Below are positions 61,717-64,000 of a stretch of 64,000 nucleotides of DNA, one piece after another. The DNA comes from Burkholderiales bacterium (lineage in GTDB: Bacteria; Pseudomonadota; Gammaproteobacteria; Burkholderiales; Casimicrobiaceae). The notes beneath the pieces were generated by a model. That model had not been told where the DNA came from, did not search any database, and saw nothing but the letters and a program-made list of their open reading frames with translations. The stretch spans positions 4,809 to 68,808 of the forward strand of contig JADZDA010000295.1 in assembly GCA_020851255.1 (NCBI GenBank). The letters run 5' to 3'. A program made the position numbers and the translations under genes. Each line of letters starts with the position of its first letter. Within the stretch, counting starts at the first letter, position 1.

Positions 61717-63717
61717 TTGGCCACGACACTCGCCGCGCCCGGCATCGGCTCCGGCCTCGACATCAACGCGATCGTCGAGAAGCTGATGAGCGTCGAGCGC
61801 AAGCCGCTCGAACAGATCGCGAAGCAGGAAGCGACCACCCAGGCCCGCATCTCCGCGTTCGGGTCGATCAAGGGCGCGCTCGCCGCCTTCCAGTCGGCGG
61901 CGGCCGGCGTGTCGACCGGGTCGGCGTTCCGCGCCACCTACGCGCAGGTCTCGGACATCGCGGTGCTGTCCGCGTCGACGTCCTCCGACGCTGCGAGCGG
62001 TCGCTACGCGGTCGAGGTCAGTGCGCTCGCGCAGTCGCAGAAGCTCGCGTCGGCCGGGTTCGCCGCGACCACCGACGCCGTGGGCACCGGCACGATCACT
62101 TTCGAATTCGGCACGACCTCCGGTTCGGCTTTCACGCCGGACGCGGCGGTCGGCTCGCGCAGCGTGACCATCGCCGCCGGGCAGGACTCGCTCGCCGGCG
62201 TGCGCGACGCGATCAACGCCGCGAAGATCGGCGTGACCGCCACGATCGTCGACGACGGCAGCGCCGCCGGGAAGCGGCTCGTGCTCTCGTCGGACACGCC
62301 CGGCGCGGCGCGCAGCCTCAGGATCTCGGTTGCCGACGACGACGGCAACCCGACCGACGCGGCCGGCTTGTCGCGTCTCGCATGGGACCCGGCGGGCAGC
62401 GCCGGCAACGGCAAGAACCTCGAACAGAAGCAGGCGGCGCAGAACGCCGCCCTGACCGTCGACGGCATCGCGATCAGCGCGGCCTCGAACGTGGTGAGCG
62501 GCGCCATTCCCGGCGTCTCGCTCACGCTCACCCGGACCAACGCCGGCTCACCGGCCACCGTGACCGTCGCGGCGAACACGCCGGCGGTGTCCGCGGCCGT
62601 GGGCGGATTCGTCAAGGCGTACAACGACGTCGTCGCGCTGCTCGACAACCTGTCCCGGTACGATCCGGCGACGCGGAAGGCGAGCACGCTGACCGGGGAC
62701 TCGACCGTCCGCGCGCTGCAGACGCAGTTGCGCGGGCTGCTCACCTCGGCGTCGTCGGTCGTGCCCGGACGTTCGCTCGCCGACGCGGGGGTGACGCTGC
62801 AGCGCGACGGCAAGCTCGCCTTCGACGCGACCAAGCTCGGGGCGACGCTCACGAGCGACCCGCTCGCCGTCGAGAAGCTCTTCGCGACGGTCGGTCGCGC
62901 CACCGATGCGCGCATCGGCGTCTTCGCGACCGCCCGGGACACGCTCGCCGGAAGCTACACGGTGGGGGTCACGCAGCTCGCGCGGGCCGCCCGCGTCGAC
63001 GCGAACGCCGCGGCCGCGCTGGTCTACACCGCCGGCGTCGACGACACGATCAGCGCGTCGATCGACGGGCGCAACGTTACCGTCCAGCTCGCGGCGAACT
63101 ACGCCGACGCGGGCGCGCTGGTCGCCGACCTGGGTTCGAAGCTCAACGGCGCGCTGGCGCAGGCGGGCACCTCGGCACGCGTGGTCGTCTCGGCGACCGG
63201 CGGCGTGCTCCGCATCGAGTCCGCGGCCTGGGGCTCGTCGTCGTCGGTGGCGATCTCCGGCAACGGCGCGGTCGCGCTCCTGGGCGCCGCGCCGGTCACG
63301 ACGACCGGTCAGGACGTCGCCGGCACGCTCGACGGCGTCGCGGCCACCGGCAGCGGCAGGACGCTCACGGCCGCGACCGGATCACCGGCCGCCGGCCTCG
63401 CCCTGACCATCGACGGAGGCGCGCTGGGCGCCCGCGGGACCGTCGACGTGTCGCACGGCGCCGGAGCGCAGTTCGCGGCCCGGCTGGCGCTCCTCGCCGA
63501 CGACGAGGGCATCGTCGCGTCGCGCTCGTCGAGCATGCAGAAGAACCTGGACTCGCTCGCGCTGCGCCGCGAGGCCATCGACCGGCGGCTCGCGCAGGTC
63601 GAGGCGGCCTACCGCGCGCAATTCGTCGCGCTCGACGGGACCATCTCGTCGCTCAACGCCACGAGCACCTATCTCGCGCAACAGCTCGCGAACCTGCCGA
63701 AGGTCTCGTCGTCATGA
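61717..63717 (+). CDS. fliD: Filament cap protein FliD
   Basis: GIGSGLDINAIVEKLM, LAQSQK, FVKAYN, LTGDS and YRAQFVALD; TTG start. Confidence 0.94.
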   Translation: MATTLAAPGIGSGLDINAIVEKLMSVERKPLEQIAKQEATTQARISAFGSIKGALAAFQSAAAGVSTGSAFRATYAQVSDIAVLSASTSSDAASGRYAVEVSALAQSQKLASAGFAATTDAVGTGTITFEFGTTSGSAFTPDAAVGSRSVTIAAGQDSLAGVRDAINAAKIGVTATIVDDGSAAGKRLVLSSDTPGAARSLRISVADDDGNPTDAAGLSRLAWDPAGSAGNGKNLEQKQAAQNAALTVDGIAISAASNVVSGAIPGVSLTLTRTNAGSPATVTVAANTPAVSAAVGGFVKAYNDVVALLDNLSRYDPATRKASTLTGDSTVRALQTQLRGLLTSASSVVPGRSLADAGVTLQRDGKLAFDATKLGATLTSDPLAVEKLFATVGRATDARIGVFATARDTLAGSYTVGVTQLARAARVDANAAAALVYTAGVDDTISASIDGRNVTVQLAANYADAGALVADLGSKLNGALAQAGTSARVVVSATGGVLRIESAAWGSSSSVAISGNGAVALLGAAPVTTTGQDVAGTLDGVAATGSGRTLTAATGSPAAGLALTIDGGALGARGTVDVSHGAGAQFAARLALLADDEGIVASRSSSMQKNLDSLALRREAIDRRLAQVEAAYRAQFVALDGTISSLNATSTYLAQQLANLPKVSSS

Positions 63718-63768
63718 TGGTCGCGTTCGCCGTCCGTCCGCGCGGATCGCGGCCGGCGGCACCAGGGC

Positions 63769-63795
63769 TCAAGCCCGGCCGCGCGCGGCCGATAG
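63769..63795 (+). promoter_or_regulatory. Sigma28-type promoter of fliS
   Basis: TCAAG-N14-GCCGATAG, 35 bp upstream of the fliS ATG. Confidence 0.7.
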
Positions 63796-63830
63796 CGTGG
63801 AAGGACCCCACGCAAGCGAGCCTCCCGACC

Positions 63831-64000
63831 ATGGTCAACCTCCGTGCAGCCCAGGCCTACTCCCGGATCGGCGTCGAGACCGGCGTCGCCGCCGCCGATC
63901 CCCACCGGCTGGTGCTGATGCTCTACGACGGCGTCCTGGACAGCATCGCGAAGGCGCGCCACCACCTCGCTGCGGGCCGGATGGCCGACAAGGGCCGGGC
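63831..64000 (+). CDS. fliS: Flagellin chaperone FliS (3'-truncated by the window edge)
   Basis: MVNLRAAQAYSRIGVETGVAAADPHRLVLMLYDG; not in the ORF track because there is no stop in the window. Confidence 0.9.
   Translation, partial: MVNLRAAQAYSRIGVETGVAAADPHRLVLMLYDGVLDSIAKARHHLAAGRMADKGR

Noticed and set aside
1-64000. Many long overlapping ORFs in the track (e.g. 1338..3725, 9478..12147, 30602..34546, 49773..52577)
   Set aside because: They are antisense or off-frame shadows of recognisable genes, Arg/Ala/Pro-rich and without motifs, as expected in very GC-rich DNA.
1-64000. tRNA/rRNA genes, transposases, integrases, prophage or defence genes
   Set aside because: No such motifs or compositional shifts were seen; nearly all of the sequence is accounted for by motility and signalling genes.

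Overview
Very GC-rich bacterial DNA, most likely betaproteobacterial (an inference from flhDC occurring with flhF/flhG, motAB plus motCD, and the gene order). It is almost entirely a motility and signalling cluster. From left to right: a partial Nudix CoA pyrophosphatase; a four-gene His kinase/REC/Hpt/REC phosphorelay; a REC-GGDEF-EAL protein; an EAL-HDOD protein; a large chemosensory operon (McpA-like receptor, cheY, cheA, aer, three further MCPs, cheW, an Aer2-like MCP, cheR, cheD, cheB); a REC-PAS-kinase/NarL-type pair; a diguanylate cyclase at the end of flgB-L; flgAMN; an orphan Rcp1-like regulator; flhBAF-flhG-fliA-motCD; a second chemosensory module (motAB-cheV-cheY-cheZ-cheA-MCP); flhDC; and fliC-flaG-fliD-fliS (fliS partial). 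Seven sigma28-type promoters can be read directly, plus one isolated -10 box. I saw no RNA genes, mobile elements or CRISPR arrays. Most genes belong to known families. The most notable points are a membrane-anchored receptor joining a NIT-like periplasmic sensor to an Aer2-type heme PAS domain within a putative electron-acceptor-sensing receptor set, two coexisting chemosensory systems (F7-like and a reduced F6-like), and a phosphorelay split into four genes. All calls come from motif recognition by eye; no database searches were run.
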